A stretch of 64,000 bases of DNA from Trypanosoma brucei (GCA_000002445.1 CH464491.1:832001-896000); one strand, 5' to 3'. Shown: positions 22,843 to 34,104, counted from the stretch's first letter. Notes: a model not told the origin generated them from the letters alone. Made by a program: numbers and translations.

Positions 22843-23347
22843 GTTTGAAATTGCGCGCGAGGGACTCTGTCTAACGTAACCCAATTTCTTATTATCACAA
22901 CGGTCAAGTCGGTAAACAAAATTTATAATGAGGAGAGGCAAGAACCAAATGGGATATGCAGGTGATGAGAGAACGCAAGTAACAGCAAAGAAGGCATATA
23001 AAGCAAAAGGGCAAAAACACGAATCGCACTGGAAGTAAGTTGGGGAGCGAAAAGAGAAAGAGAGATAGAGACGTGCGAAATGCATAGCACAACCCATACA
23101 TATTTTGCAGCAAGAGACAATCCCTTCCTTTGGCAACCCCTTGACTCTTTATAATACCTGCGAGTCAATAGTGATTTTTTTTCCCGGAGAAAGAGAACAA
23201 TATACCAAAAATGTCAAAAAAAAAAAAATAGTTCCGTCTTGCTTTTTTTTTTTGTTCCAAAGAAAACCTCTTTCTATTTCTGATTTATAATTACATATAT
23301 ATGTTAAAAAAAAATGAGGAAAAGAGGATGAAGCTATTCTCAGTTCG

Positions 23348-23662
23348 TCATGCGTAAATCCCTACAAAAAAAAAATGGCCTCCTTTGAGTTTCTGCACAA
23401 CCGCACGGAAAACCAGGAACCAAGCAAAATAAGATAAAATAAACAAAATGGTAACCGTGGAAACAGCTTCACATATCTTCATATAGGGATCGACACCCGC
23501 GAACTCTTCACCCCTCCTCTGCTGTGCAAACACGTAAACGGTTACGATAGATAGGACTGTTACTAACAGTAGTTGGTTCTCAAAAGGAAAAAAAACACGA
23601 AAACTAATACATGTCAAGACGGTAACGCCACCATTGAGGGATGGTTTCTCACCGGGTAGCAT
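23348..23662 (-). CDS. Hypothetical small membrane protein (2-3 TM)
   Basis: 104-aa ORF on the sense strand in a long gap between genes. Hydrophobic segments only, so it could be non-coding. Confidence 0.15.
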   Translation of the reverse strand: MLPGEKPSLNGGVTVLTCISFRVFFPFENQLLLVTVLSIVTVYVFAQQRRGEEFAGVDPYMKICEAVSTVTILFILSYFAWFLVFRAVVQKLKGGHFFFVGIYA

Positions 23663-24834
23663 CCCAACACGGATCCAAAAATTCCGGGTTATGAAGTAGT
23701 AGGAGAGAAGTAAGGAACAGAAGACAATGGAATAAACAGAAATGGAATTAAAGAGAAAGCAGTTATCACGGGTGAAAATAAAAACAATAATAATAATAGT
23801 GGCAACAACAGTATTGGGTGAGTGAGTGGGTGCCCAGCAAACGTTTCTTCAGTTCATCGAAACGCCTCCCACTACAGCGCCAAAGCGTCTGCTATAATGG
23901 AGTTAGTGAGACTGTTAATGCAGAAACCGCATGCGAAGCCTCACAGCTGGATTCGATACATTGAATTGCTCGTCTGTCATAAGTTGTCGGGCCCCTTCAC
24001 CCATTTTCGGTACATCCAACGGGTGCCGCTTTTCCAACACCACCCGCTGCGCCTCCAGTTGGGCCTCATGGGCCTCACGTAAAAGTCTGCAACAGCCACA
24101 TCCACTCACGCACTGCGGTCCACACTGCCGCAGCCTACGTCCCATCCTCTTACTTTCACCTAGTCGATGTGACGCTAAAAATAGTAATGATGCCGTTCGG
24201 ATACAAAGAATAACCAACACATAAGCCGAAAGGGGGAAAGGATAAAAATATCGAAATGTGGGAAGTGAAGATGGAAACCTGGTAGTCGCGGAAACAGACA
24301 CAAACATCGCTTCAGCAGCGACAACTGTAGAAGGGAATGTAGACGGGGTACTTAAAGGATGTGAACTCCAAAGATGAATTCGCCTCCAGCTCACACAATA
24401 ACAGAAAGAGTAAAGACCGTATGGCGGCACCCTCTCGATAAACAAAACAAAACAAAAAAACAATGTGTAAGGGGATGCTTACTTATTTCGCTAAGCATGC
24501 GGACAACTAAAAGAATGAATAAATGACTGAATGAAGAGAGAGAATTTCGTTTCCCTCCTGAGTTACCCTCCTAGGGCAAAACAAGGTAAACTAACTGAAA
24601 AAATATACGATCAATGCATACACACAATGAAACCGAGAGATAAAAAAGATTTTGAACGTCTTGACGAAAAGACGGCGGGTAAGTTGCCCGCTTGCACGAC
24701 AGTTACCAACCACCATCACATTTTGCTGGAAGGTGACAGTTCCCTTCGCATTCCCAATCTCGTGGATGCGCACCAACACTAATGGCAATGAGGTCAGATT
24801 ACGACACATTAGAATGATGTCGTCACTAAAGGGT

Positions 24835-25926
24835 TCATCTAAATACCATACCAATATCGGACGATTCGGAGGAAAAGGGAGAGGAAGGGGTTGAAGAAGC
24901 CCTGAGACGTGAGGGCCCCACCCCATCGGAGCGCAACCCCCGAAGTACGTTTGTGCTCAAAGGAATAATCTCTGGTGACGCCACACCGCTCGCTGCAACC
25001 ACATCCCATTCGCCGCTATCAGAACTGAAGTAAAGGGAAGTAAAGGACGAGCAGTGGCTCAAATGCGCGTCAACAGTGTTTCCCTCGTCCCCTTGCTCAG
25101 AAGACCATGCGAACTCCTCCGCCCGTGCGAGGAGTTTGGCCTGTTCAGCCAAGGCATACTCGAAGTAGCGCACACGGTTAGTGTATTCCTCTTGCTCCAC
25201 CGCGCTCCGCATAACATCTTCCCCTTCTGCTAAGTCATTGAACGGACTATTTAGGTCGACAATCTTTCCGTGGCTCCTGCACGCCGCCCCCGCACGTTCC
25301 ACTGTAGCGGAACCAACCACTGTTGTGCAAATACGAGGCTGGGTGCGAACACCTTTCTTAGACCACATGGACACCGAGAGCGAGTCGTAAGCACCCGCTT
25401 CAGCGCTGCTACGACTTGCCAATGACGACCCAGATTCCTCCCAGTGGTCAGTTTCTAAAGGGGCAACATCATTCTTCATGTCCCTCATAACATCACTATG
25501 CAACACCTCGCTGAGCCCCACATCAGTTTCCATACGACAAGGCTGCTCTGGGAATCCGGCTGCAGTTTGCTCAAGCACCACTAAAGCTTTCTTACTGCTC
25601 CCATCTCGATGTACTTGCTGACGAGGCTTTAGATGCGGCTCACGTGCCTGGAGGTGATTATTGAGGGTGTCTCGGCTGTGCTCCAGAAGCGTACGAAGAG
25701 ACACAGCCATTTGGCGTGGAACGGAGACGGTGTTGACGCTTCTCTCTGCAACGAGTATGGCTTCCTCAAGCTCAAATACGTCGGCTGACCTCAATGCCTC
25801 CTGTAGCTTCCTCATAGCGTTCAACGGCGAAAATAATGCATCTTTGCTGCCGTTGCTACGTTCGTCGTTTCGCAACCCTCCTGCCAAGTTAGTCTTGCAC
25901 TCCATCGGCTGTTGAACCAGTGACAA
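24835..25926 (-). CDS. Hypothetical protein (Ser-rich, low complexity at both ends)
   Basis: 363-aa ORF on the sense strand. Coding-like composition. No recognisable domain. Confidence 0.3.
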   Translation of the reverse strand: MSLVQQPMECKTNLAGGLRNDERSNGSKDALFSPLNAMRKLQEALRSADVFELEEAILVAERSVNTVSVPRQMAVSLRTLLEHSRDTLNNHLQAREPHLKPRQQVHRDGSSKKALVVLEQTAAGFPEQPCRMETDVGLSEVLHSDVMRDMKNDVAPLETDHWEESGSSLASRSSAEAGAYDSLSVSMWSKKGVRTQPRICTTVVGSATVERAGAACRSHGKIVDLNSPFNDLAEGEDVMRSAVEQEEYTNRVRYFEYALAEQAKLLARAEEFAWSSEQGDEGNTVDAHLSHCSSFTSLYFSSDSGEWDVVAASGVASPEIIPLSTNVLRGLRSDGVGPSRLRASSTPSSPFSSESSDIGMVFR

Positions 25927-26494
25927 AACTCAGCGGGTTTCCTAGGGGGGAAATTGATGGAAAAGAAACAACGGAGGTTAAGTAAACTTAAAAATAACCT
26001 TTTGACGAAATGATAAGCCTGCTCCACCGTGAACAAAGAGCAAACGATCGTTTAAAATAGTAAAAATGTTGTCGGTCGAGAAAACAGGCGCCGAGGATTC
26101 GAAAGGGTGTCGACGTGCATCGCCCTTTGACTGAACGGTGGTCCAAAAAGAGTGGTGCGACGCAGAATTACCATGGGGTGGGAGGCAAACGCGTGTAGAA
26201 GGAGGGATCGAAAAGGCAAGCACACTTCCCGCCATCACTTAAGAGTCTTTGAAGTGTGACAGCGAGGTCAACGCGCACGCTGCAAAGTGTGCGCCGCGCA
26301 ATTTTGGTCCCCCATTTCATTATTTAGATTATCCAAAAACAGCCAGATGAATTTGCACACGAGTAAATCCCCTAAAAAAGGTATGGTTCCGTGCTTATCG
26401 CTCCACAGGCGGTGCTGAAAGGGTTATTAAACCAATGACATTTCCCATTCGACAAATCGTCACACGGCCCACGTTCATTTAACTCACGATGATG

Positions 26495-27049
26495 CTACTG
26501 GCCTTTCCTGCCCTTGGTGCCATTCTGCCCCGAGAGGAACTTGTCCTGTTCTTCCCGCGCCAGGCCAAACATCTCTCTCATCCACTCCACCGTCGCCACC
26601 TCATCCTTCCATGGCCTTACGAGCGGCCCTTCTTCCTTGAATCCTCGCAGGTACAGCTGCGTAACGGGGGCATTCCAAGCCACGATAGGGTTTGTAACGC
26701 ACTGGACTAGAAGCACAAGAGGCATCTCCCACCGCAAAGCAACAAAGAGTCCAATACAAACGGGAAGCATCATTTTCAGAAAAAACATCTCGCGCCACTT
26801 TCCAAAGTCGTAGTCTGATACCGTCATGCGTTCCCACTCACCAGTGTACGTATCCTTCACCTGCAGAATTCGTGTGTCCTTGGTATCCCAAATACGAGAA
26901 AACATGTAGATCATTACCGCAGCGAGCACTGCGTGCACTGAGTAAAACATGTATTGAACAACCGACTGCACTTCTGGATCTGTTTTGTCAATACTCCAGC
27001 CCGTTACCATAACGAGTCCTATTAGTATAATGTTCATGATTTGACGCAA
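26495..27049 (-). CDS. PHO88/SND3-family ER membrane protein
   Basis: 184-aa two-TM protein. IDKTDPEVQ, MTVSDYDFGKW, PLVLLVQCVTNPIVAWNAPVTQLYLRGFK and LVRPWK align with my recollection of yeast Pho88 (IDMEDPTII, TTVRDYDLKE, PLFMQSISPVKSALEHNEVKIHLFGK, LKRPFK). Confidence 0.5.
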   Translation of the reverse strand: MRQIMNIILIGLVMVTGWSIDKTDPEVQSVVQYMFYSVHAVLAAVMIYMFSRIWDTKDTRILQVKDTYTGEWERMTVSDYDFGKWREMFFLKMMLPVCIGLFVALRWEMPLVLLVQCVTNPIVAWNAPVTQLYLRGFKEEGPLVRPWKDEVATVEWMREMFGLAREEQDKFLSGQNGTKGRKGQ

Positions 27050-27630
27050 AACTCAACACCCAATAGATACGCTGACACAGACAACTTTGCGAGCTTTAAG
27101 CTCCCTCAAAGTTCTTCACTCTTGCTGTGTTGCTCAAATCTTCTCAGTTACGCTGCGACACTTGTAGTTCCCTCTTCGGTGGGTTATGAATCTCTACTGG
27201 TGAAATAAACCGCAGTGCGCAGCCGATAAACACAATCCACAAAGAAAGAAGGCGAAAAGAAGGGGTTATGGTACCACAACGCGCAGACAACATAGTAACG
27301 GTAAGAGACAATGAGTGAGGAATTTAGCCCCGTGTGTTTGAGGGAATATCGTTGTAAAATGGCTGTTCAACGGGGGAAACCAGAGGTGACTACAACATAA
27401 GCACCCCGGAAGTTTCACTGCAGGATGCATTCCTGTCCTCCTCAACCCCCTTAAGGAAAACACACATTTGTGTGGTGGTCTGTGCTGCAGCAGGCATTTT
27501 CATTTATCCTTAGCAGTGTTTCCCTTCTCGTCACCAGCATTTCTTTATTTCCCACATTCATTTACCTTTTTGTTTTTACTCGATTCATTTTTCCTCCCCC
27601 CTTCCTACTCCTTATTCACTCTCGTCACCA

Positions 27631-29361
27631 TCACTTCATCAGTGACCGCCAATTCATCGGCCTAAAAAGATGCAGCCCAGCGTAGTCTGTTGTTATCATC
27701 ATGCCCGGTATCTGCGGATGCCAATGGGCCTCCTTCGGGTGCTCAAGACCTTGGTGTTGGAACATCAGCTGATCCGGGATCCCACTGAGATCGGGACGCC
27801 CAAAAAGTTCCCCAACAACCTCCTGCTCCTCACTGGGGTCACGCTCAAGACTCAGGTCCCAGAGTGTACACTGTCCATCGTCACCCGCGACGGCAAGGAC
27901 GCTCTCATTATGTAGTGAGAACTCAACGGACGTGATGCTTCCACGATGCCAGGGGAGCTGCTGGATCGGGACCCCGCTGCTCACATGGCGGAGATCCCAC
28001 ACAGCCACAGCACCGCTGTCAGCACCCGTCACAAGAAGGTGAGAAGCCTGCAGCGCCTTGTTCCAATTAGCAACGTTGATGTCAGTGGGATCGGCTTGCC
28101 AATGTATCTTCGAACCGCGCATATCACGCGTATCCCACACCTCAACCGTGCCGCCAACGCGGGTTGCGATGAGAACATCCGTCTGGGTAGGGCTCCACTG
28201 AACTTCCTCAACAGATGGTGCCCCTTTCTCGCTACCCACGGTATTACTAGCGACGGCAGTCCAGCGACCGTCCTCGGTTGGTTTCCACACAAATAGATCA
28301 CCATTGCAATCACCAGAGGCGAAGACACCCTCCGAAACGCTGCTCCAGTCAAGCCCATAACCCTCCGTTTTATGGGATGTTGACGGAGTGCAAAACAGTA
28401 GTGATGCTTGTTTCCTCTGTGCCCCCGAACGCACCTGCTCTTTTATCCAATTCGGGTAGTCGCAAAGCATCCCTATTTCCTTTGCAATATCGAACACCTG
28501 CACATTCCCCGCGTCAGACCACACCGCCACCAAATTTTGGTTGCGGTGTGCGCATCGTATACGGTTGGCAGTGCCGTGGTGGGAAATCGTCCGATGGTGT
28601 ACAATGGGCTCTCCGTTATTCACCTCAGGTGCCTCATCCTCATTGCTGTCTTCGCTTTCACCCTCGTCACCTATGTAGCTGTCATCACTGTCGCTATCGC
28701 TGCCAGCATCATGCTTCGTGCGACAAATGTTAGTAACACGCAAGATGTACAACTGATTTTTAGATGACTCCTCTGCTTGCGAACCACACACCAGGGTCAG
28801 TGAGAGTGGGTACTTTGTGGTGCAGCCGCCACCTGTAGAGGACTCTTGCTCCCGAACCACATGAAACGAGAGGGAAGGATATTCCGTCCGCAACTGAAAA
28901 AATGAGTCATACGCTTTGTTAGAGTAATCCAACTTCTGACATTGTCCCTCCGGGTCGTCAACGCAGTCACTGCGCCAGACCGTGGGGACCGTATCGTCTT
29001 CATCATTTTCCTGCTTGGTCGAATCGTCATCAAATGTTACCTTCCGCAACCCCTTTACCATGGCTTCTGCCTCGCGTTGAAACTCGGCATAATCTTCGTC
29101 GTCTTCGTCATAACTGTCAACAATCTCCTCCTCCACTCCATCATTAAAAGGCTCATCCACGCCGCTGCTATTACTCCCATCAGACTCTTCATCTTCTGAC
29201 ACATCTTCCCAGTCCTCGTCTTCCGTGGGTCCCTCTTTACGGGTTCCGGCGGCTCGCAGTCGCTGCCCTCCCTCCTCGTCCTCCTCAACACAACGCCGAT
29301 GTTTGCGTTCAGAGGAGGTGGTGTCCTCCGTCCGCTCCACACGTTTAGCGGCTTTCCGCAT
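27631..29361 (-). CDS. Glutamate-rich WD-repeat protein GRWD1/RRB1 (ribosome biogenesis)
   Basis: 576 aa. It has an acidic N-terminal region, then the HEGxVNR-like block HHGTANRIRCAHRNQNLVAVWSDAGNVQVFD, several WD repeats (VAVWDLRH, CTLWDLS), and a typical C-terminal EAHWHPQIPGMMITTDYAGLHLFRP. Confidence 0.8.
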   Translation of the reverse strand: MRKAAKRVERTEDTTSSERKHRRCVEEDEEGGQRLRAAGTRKEGPTEDEDWEDVSEDEESDGSNSSGVDEPFNDGVEEEIVDSYDEDDEDYAEFQREAEAMVKGLRKVTFDDDSTKQENDEDDTVPTVWRSDCVDDPEGQCQKLDYSNKAYDSFFQLRTEYPSLSFHVVREQESSTGGGCTTKYPLSLTLVCGSQAEESSKNQLYILRVTNICRTKHDAGSDSDSDDSYIGDEGESEDSNEDEAPEVNNGEPIVHHRTISHHGTANRIRCAHRNQNLVAVWSDAGNVQVFDIAKEIGMLCDYPNWIKEQVRSGAQRKQASLLFCTPSTSHKTEGYGLDWSSVSEGVFASGDCNGDLFVWKPTEDGRWTAVASNTVGSEKGAPSVEEVQWSPTQTDVLIATRVGGTVEVWDTRDMRGSKIHWQADPTDINVANWNKALQASHLLVTGADSGAVAVWDLRHVSSGVPIQQLPWHRGSITSVEFSLHNESVLAVAGDDGQCTLWDLSLERDPSEEQEVVGELFGRPDLSGIPDQLMFQHQGLEHPKEAHWHPQIPGMMITTDYAGLHLFRPMNWRSLMK

Positions 29362-29410
29362 CGCTAAGACTTACAGCGAAGAGGAACTTGACAAACGACA
29401 GTTGGGGACG

Positions 29411-29460
29411 TAAGAGGGAAGAAGAAAAGAAAAAAGCATTTAAAAAAAAAAGAATTAAGG
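29411..29460 (-). promoter_or_regulatory. Polypyrimidine tract (sense strand) with AG acceptors upstream of the GRWD1 start: putative trans-splicing signal
   Basis: The plus strand reads taagagggaagaagaaaagaaaaaagcatttaaaaaaaaaagaattaagg, which is a long pyrimidine run on the coding (minus) strand ~50-100 nt upstream of the ATG, followed by AG dinucleotides. Confidence 0.4.
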
Positions 29461-29860
29461 TGATTAAGACTGGGGAGCACATTTCCCATCTATCAGGTGG
29501 GTGGACACAGCAGCAGCAAAGGAAATACGCACGAAAGTAATCACAACAAAGGGAAGAACGAAGAGAACAAAGAAAGAATGGAATAAAAAAAAATCTATGC
29601 GTAAAAAAACGCATGTGATGTTATTTAAAGTAAAAAAAAACATGTAAAAATGAAGAAAGAAAGATAGATAGAAAGGCTGCAGAACGCGAAAACACGTCAC
29701 ATTCATTACCTCTGAGTGCTTTCCCCACACTCTCTATTCGGTTATCTTATGTTTGTTCGGCGACTTACGTTACGACCACCTGCTCTCCTACGATCCACGG
29801 CTCTGAAGGACCTTACCACACAGGCCGGAGTAAAAAAGCAGAAATTAAGTTACACACGAT

Positions 29861-29881
29861 TATATATATATATATATATAT
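29861..29881. repeat. (TA)10 microsatellite
   Basis: A direct dinucleotide repeat in an intergenic region. Confidence 0.9.
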
Positions 29882-30305
29882 GTTTAGGTATAGATGTAGA
29901 CGGAAGGTAAGGGACGAATCTTTACACCGAATGTACAACGGTCAAAACACATAAAGGGTACACAAACACGTGAAAAATAAAATAAATAAACAAACAAACA
30001 ACAAAAGCCCAGGAGAGAAAATAAGGGCATAAAGGGGGAGAAAATGTAGCACATCGGTGGGGGAACGAGGTTTCGGTGAGTAAAGGAATACAAACATTTA
30101 AATTTTAAAAAAGGGAAAAGAACTTCTTTTCCCCACAAGACTCATACAAAGGAACATCATCAACCTTCTATTTATCACACCCCTTAATGCCCTTTGTATC
30201 GCCCTATTTCCCCCTCCCCGCACACATCCCCGATGAACAAAAATGAGTACATCATTACTTAAAGCGTACGTAAGTGCACGAAACACGGTCTTGCTTGGAC
30301 TGTTG

Positions 30306-30920
30306 TTACCGTGCACCGATGCTAATACGTTGCATCCTCTCCGTTATTCCCACATCATCCCCCACCTCCGTGGCAGCCGGCCGCTTCTTCAGGTAGTTGG
30401 TGGCGACGGCTATTTGCTCGCTTATATCTATTTCATTGTCTGGCGTAATCTGCTCGAGAAAGGACTCCACCTCTGCCGCTGGCACTGCCGAGGCACGTGA
30501 CCTCTCGAAGGTGCCGTCCATCGCGTTCGCATTAACTGCAACAGTGTCAACATGCCGTTCGAACGCATCCATTGCCGTCGTGATCTGCACAGGATCCAGT
30601 GAATGAAGAACCTTACTTATTCCACAAATCGCCTTTTCAAGCGACCGCGTCATCGCGTGCATCTGCATGGCAGATTGAATGCGTTCGGCGGCGGCATCAA
30701 CACGAGAGGCAAGACGAAGATAACTTGTTCCTTCATCCTTCTTCCGTATGGCGTTCTCGGCGTAGACGCGGGCGGCTTCAATATTGTCCTTGTTAAGGGC
30801 TTTTTTAGCCTTTATCTTCTCCCTCTCGCTCGCTTTGTCTGAGGCGGCGGCAGAGTTAGTCAACTCCTTCACTGCAAGCCTCATGTTTAACACGACATCG
30901 AGTGGGTTCGTAGTGCTCAT
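30306..30920 (-). CDS. ESCRT-III subunit CHMP1/Did2 (Vps46)
   Basis: LNMRLAVKELTNSAA...EKIKAKKALNKDNIEAARVYAENAIRKKDE...LRLASRVDAAAERIQSAMQM aligns with CHMP1 (LKFAAKEL...EKAKIKKAIQKGN.EVARIHAENAIRQKNQ..N.LRMSARVDAVAARVQTAV). The start is set at the internal ATG at 30920; the track ORF has a 44-codon extension. Confidence 0.75.
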   Translation of the reverse strand: MSTTNPLDVVLNMRLAVKELTNSAAASDKASEREKIKAKKALNKDNIEAARVYAENAIRKKDEGTSYLRLASRVDAAAERIQSAMQMHAMTRSLEKAICGISKVLHSLDPVQITTAMDAFERHVDTVAVNANAMDGTFERSRASAVPAAEVESFLEQITPDNEIDISEQIAVATNYLKKRPAATEVGDDVGITERMQRISIGAR

Positions 30921-31353
30921 GTCGTTCCAATACTCCCGCTTTCTGAGTACAGAAGAAAAAGAAAGTGTAGAACTGCAGCCAACACAAATGGGATGGTCGA
31001 ATGGCGACACACGAATAGGAACTTTTCTATGGCCTACACAAAATAACTTCATGGGAAAAGAGGCAGTTTGAAGAGGGCATAGAACAATCCACGTCGAATA
31101 GCGGGTAAACTGGGCCCTAATTTAGACATCTAACAATCAACTCGATAGGAGGAAAAAGAAGTAGGGAACAAACGATGGTGGGAGCTACACCGAGAGTAGG
31201 GAAGGAAGCGGTGTGCAATGAAGCCCCCCAAAACTTCTATTACTGGCTCCAACACTTGCTGCGCAAATTTAAACTTTTTTGTCGGAAAGAAATCACGTCA
31301 CTAAACAGCGTCCCCCTTCCGACATGCCACACAGCCCCCAGCAAAGGCATGAT

Positions 31354-31809
31354 TTACGAATTTTCGCTGCAGATACGAAGCTCATGCAACATCGCGTAGA
31401 GCAAAGGCACAGACGCGGGTGCCCCTGTCAGTCCCAACTGCGAAGCCAATATTGCGCGCGGCATGATTGCAGAGGTCGCCTCCTTTCCTGCACCCGACTC
31501 GGCCTTGAAAACCGACAGCGAGTGCTCCATCCCGTTAAAAGCCATGTAATCCTTAATTAGTTCATTCAGAAGCAAGTTCTCCGGTGGTATAGGTGGCCGC
31601 GCGGACTCGATGTCGTCCCCCTGTGAATTAGACTCCTGCAGTGAATGGAAAATGGCTGCACGTAACTCGGCCTTTACGTGGTCAATGACGCCTTTCGTCT
31701 CCAGTACTTGCCTCATTGCATCCTTCAACGATCCGTGTTTCGACATTGTAGTCGCCTCGGGTGCGTTAAAGCTTTCTCGCCGCACCTCTCCCTCCTCCCT
31801 TTCCTCCAT
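31354..31809 (-). CDS. FOP N-terminal/LisH-domain protein, FOPNL/FOR20-like (basal body/centriolar satellite)
   Basis: LKDAMRQVLETKGVIDHVKAELRAAIFHSL...ENLLLNELIKDYMAFNGMEHSLSVFKAESG closely parallels FOR20 (LKAVLKDTLEKKGVLGHLKARIRAEVFNAL...ENLLINELIREYLEFNKYKYTASVLIAESG). The start is probably the internal ATG at 31746 (MSKHGSLKD). Confidence 0.6.
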   Translation of the reverse strand: MEEREEGEVRRESFNAPEATTMSKHGSLKDAMRQVLETKGVIDHVKAELRAAIFHSLQESNSQGDDIESARPPIPPENLLLNELIKDYMAFNGMEHSLSVFKAESGAGKEATSAIMPRAILASQLGLTGAPASVPLLYAMLHELRICSENS

Positions 31810-32599
31810 GCTAAAATCCTGCAGATCTACTTTACCAAAAAAAAAAAAAGAAAAGCGATCAAAAAAGTGGAAAGAAGATATTGTAACTGAGGCAAGGGCG
31901 GGGAAGAAACGTAAATGTGCGAGCGTCCACCTTCTCTTGCGTTAGTAATCATGGCACGCCGGAGTCCTGTCCCGCCTCTCGTTTCCTTTACGTCCTTCTC
32001 AGTTCCCCGCCCGAATTCGTGCGAAAATAAATTGTGTCTTCCCACGCAAGGACCAAGCAGGTGAATACTCCGGAGAGAAAAAGTGAAACCTTACTTTTAA
32101 CCATTCCTTAACGGATGACAGGCAATTGGGGTTCGTTACCTCTCAATATCTCCTTTTCAAACTGCGCACCCCTCTTCCCATTTGCACCTACTCCACGCTT
32201 GTGAACTCGAAGTCAGGTGAGAGCGGATTAAATACACGAAGAATGATAAAGGGGGGAGGGGGACTAGATACTCGCCTTAACACTTGTCAGCTCTCTCTTT
32301 CAAAAGCACACCCATACAAATCATGCCCCACTCCCGCGCGGCGCCCCAAAAGGGGGTTCGAAACAAAAAGAAAACTGAAAGAGGGGAAAAGCAAAACGCC
32401 AATGGAAAATAGTGGTGTATAACCGTACCTAACTTCCACTAACGTCACCTTGTCACCCTCGTACCATCACCAGAGACGCACGTACGCATCTACACACAAA
32501 CTGCGAATGCGCGGTGCAAAAGGATAAGTAAAACGCTGAGCGGTCACGCGGGTCCTTTCCCTGCCTCACAATAGACGAAAAACAAGCACTTACACAAGT

Positions 32600-33688
32600 C
32601 TAGCGGGAGGAAAACCGCCGAATTACCAACGCAGACAAAACCACGACCACACCCGTAGCCACCAAAACGGAACTGACACGGTACGAACCGGGCCACTTTA
32701 CTTTACCCGGACCGCGATCCGCCCCCGTGCGCCTCGTTTTTTCTGCGGAAGGCAGCTTCTTTTGCACGGAGCGGGCCTCCGTACCCGGTGAAAGTTCCTT
32801 TGTTCCACCGAAGGAAAGCACAAGAGTACAGTGCCGCCCCTCCTTTGTATCGAGGACCAGGCAGCGACGCCCATCAAGAGAGATGCCCATCAGAGCAAAA
32901 GGTGTCGGAAGATCCTCCTGCAAGCTGTCTACCAGAACTTTATCGTTCTTGTACTCCAATTTGTGCACGCGACCGCCTCCTCTCAACCCCACAAGCACTT
33001 TGCGGGATGACAAAGCACACAACAACAACTGCGCCGACGTCCCTCCCACCGCCCCATTTGTTGATAACATAGGAAAGAGTTTCTTAAACACTTCTAATTT
33101 CTTTACGGTGCTTCGAGTAACGTAAAACGCTTGAACCGTCCCGTCCTCATACAGCGCAAAACAGAAGTACCCTGCGCTCGCAACAGTAAGCACACGATGA
33201 TCCCTTTGAGGGAGCTTAACCGCTGCAAGCATCTTCTTAGTGTCGAAACTCCAGTATTTGATCGTCTGAAACTCGGAATACAACAAGGCCACTCGCCCAA
33301 TTTGCATAAAGCATCCCACTGCACTGTCCTTGAAGGACACTGAGAGATTTTTTTTCCACACGAACAAGCTGCACCCCGCGGGTCCACAAGCCATCAGCTG
33401 CCGGCTCTCGATCCACATGAGTTGTGTCACCTTCAAGCACGATGCCTCTGCTAACATATCCCCTACCTCGCTCCCATTAAACTGGTATATCCGAATAACA
33501 CATTGATCCGGACCCGACTGCGACCTGAGGCCGATCGCTATGGCATGATCTTCTTCACAACAAGCGAAGGCAAGCACCTCACCACCGTACACAATGTATG
33601 ACTTTTGATCTGAGCCCTTCTCGAGTAAATGTAGTTCTCTCCCCCTGCCTGCTGTGAATATAAAGGACCCATTTGACAGTGCGGTCAT
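32600..33688 (-). CDS. Hypothetical beta-propeller-like protein with a C-terminal TM anchor (Sec12/PREB-like topology)
   Basis: 362 aa, beta-rich with no confident WD signatures. It ends in a Lys/Arg-rich segment followed by one hydrophobic helix (VSSVLVATGVVVVLSALVI) and a short tail. Confidence 0.35.
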   Translation of the reverse strand: MTALSNGSFIFTAGRGRELHLLEKGSDQKSYIVYGGEVLAFACCEEDHAIAIGLRSQSGPDQCVIRIYQFNGSEVGDMLAEASCLKVTQLMWIESRQLMACGPAGCSLFVWKKNLSVSFKDSAVGCFMQIGRVALLYSEFQTIKYWSFDTKKMLAAVKLPQRDHRVLTVASAGYFCFALYEDGTVQAFYVTRSTVKKLEVFKKLFPMLSTNGAVGGTSAQLLLCALSSRKVLVGLRGGGRVHKLEYKNDKVLVDSLQEDLPTPFALMGISLDGRRCLVLDTKEGRHCTLVLSFGGTKELSPGTEARSVQKKLPSAEKTRRTGADRGPGKVKWPGSYRVSSVLVATGVVVVLSALVIRRFSSR

Positions 33689-34104
33689 CCTACGTGAGGA
33701 ATAAGGAAAGAGAGAAGGGTCAAATGAGGAAGGGCGTTAATAAAAGATGTCCAACGAATAGGACGCTAAGGTAAAGCCGGTATCACGTTTTGCTAAAACA
33801 CTATCAACAACTAAAAATGATGTAAGACCAAAATAAAGTAAGAAAAAGACAAAACCAAGAAACAACTCCCTTAACCCTAAAGGACTCTATGAATACCTGA
33901 TGCAGAAGGAAGAAAAAGAGAGCAATAGGGTAATAAGGCATGGGAAACAACATCAAAGTTCGACAAAGCACCGCATATTTCGTAGGTGTGCTGTGAAGAA
34001 AACACGCAGAGGAATAGGGAAGAGGGAAATCCTGCCCGGGGGCGGCGCGCCTTACGAGCACACATATGGTTCTAACACAACTTTACATGTTACATTACCC
34101 ATCT

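Noticed and set aside
23935-23960. tRNA T-loop-like string (gtatcgaatcc on the minus strand)
   Set aside because: It does not match the GGTTCGAATCC context, and no acceptor stem or D-loop partner is present nearby. No other tRNA-like signatures were found in intergenic regions.
23822-24463. ORFs 23915..24463 (-) and 23822..24082 (+), including a Cys-rich segment (CGPQCVSGCGCC)
   Set aside because: The composition is low-complexity and the ORFs overlap on both strands. I considered a twin-Cx9C/CHCH protein, but the spacing does not fit. It is probably UTR.
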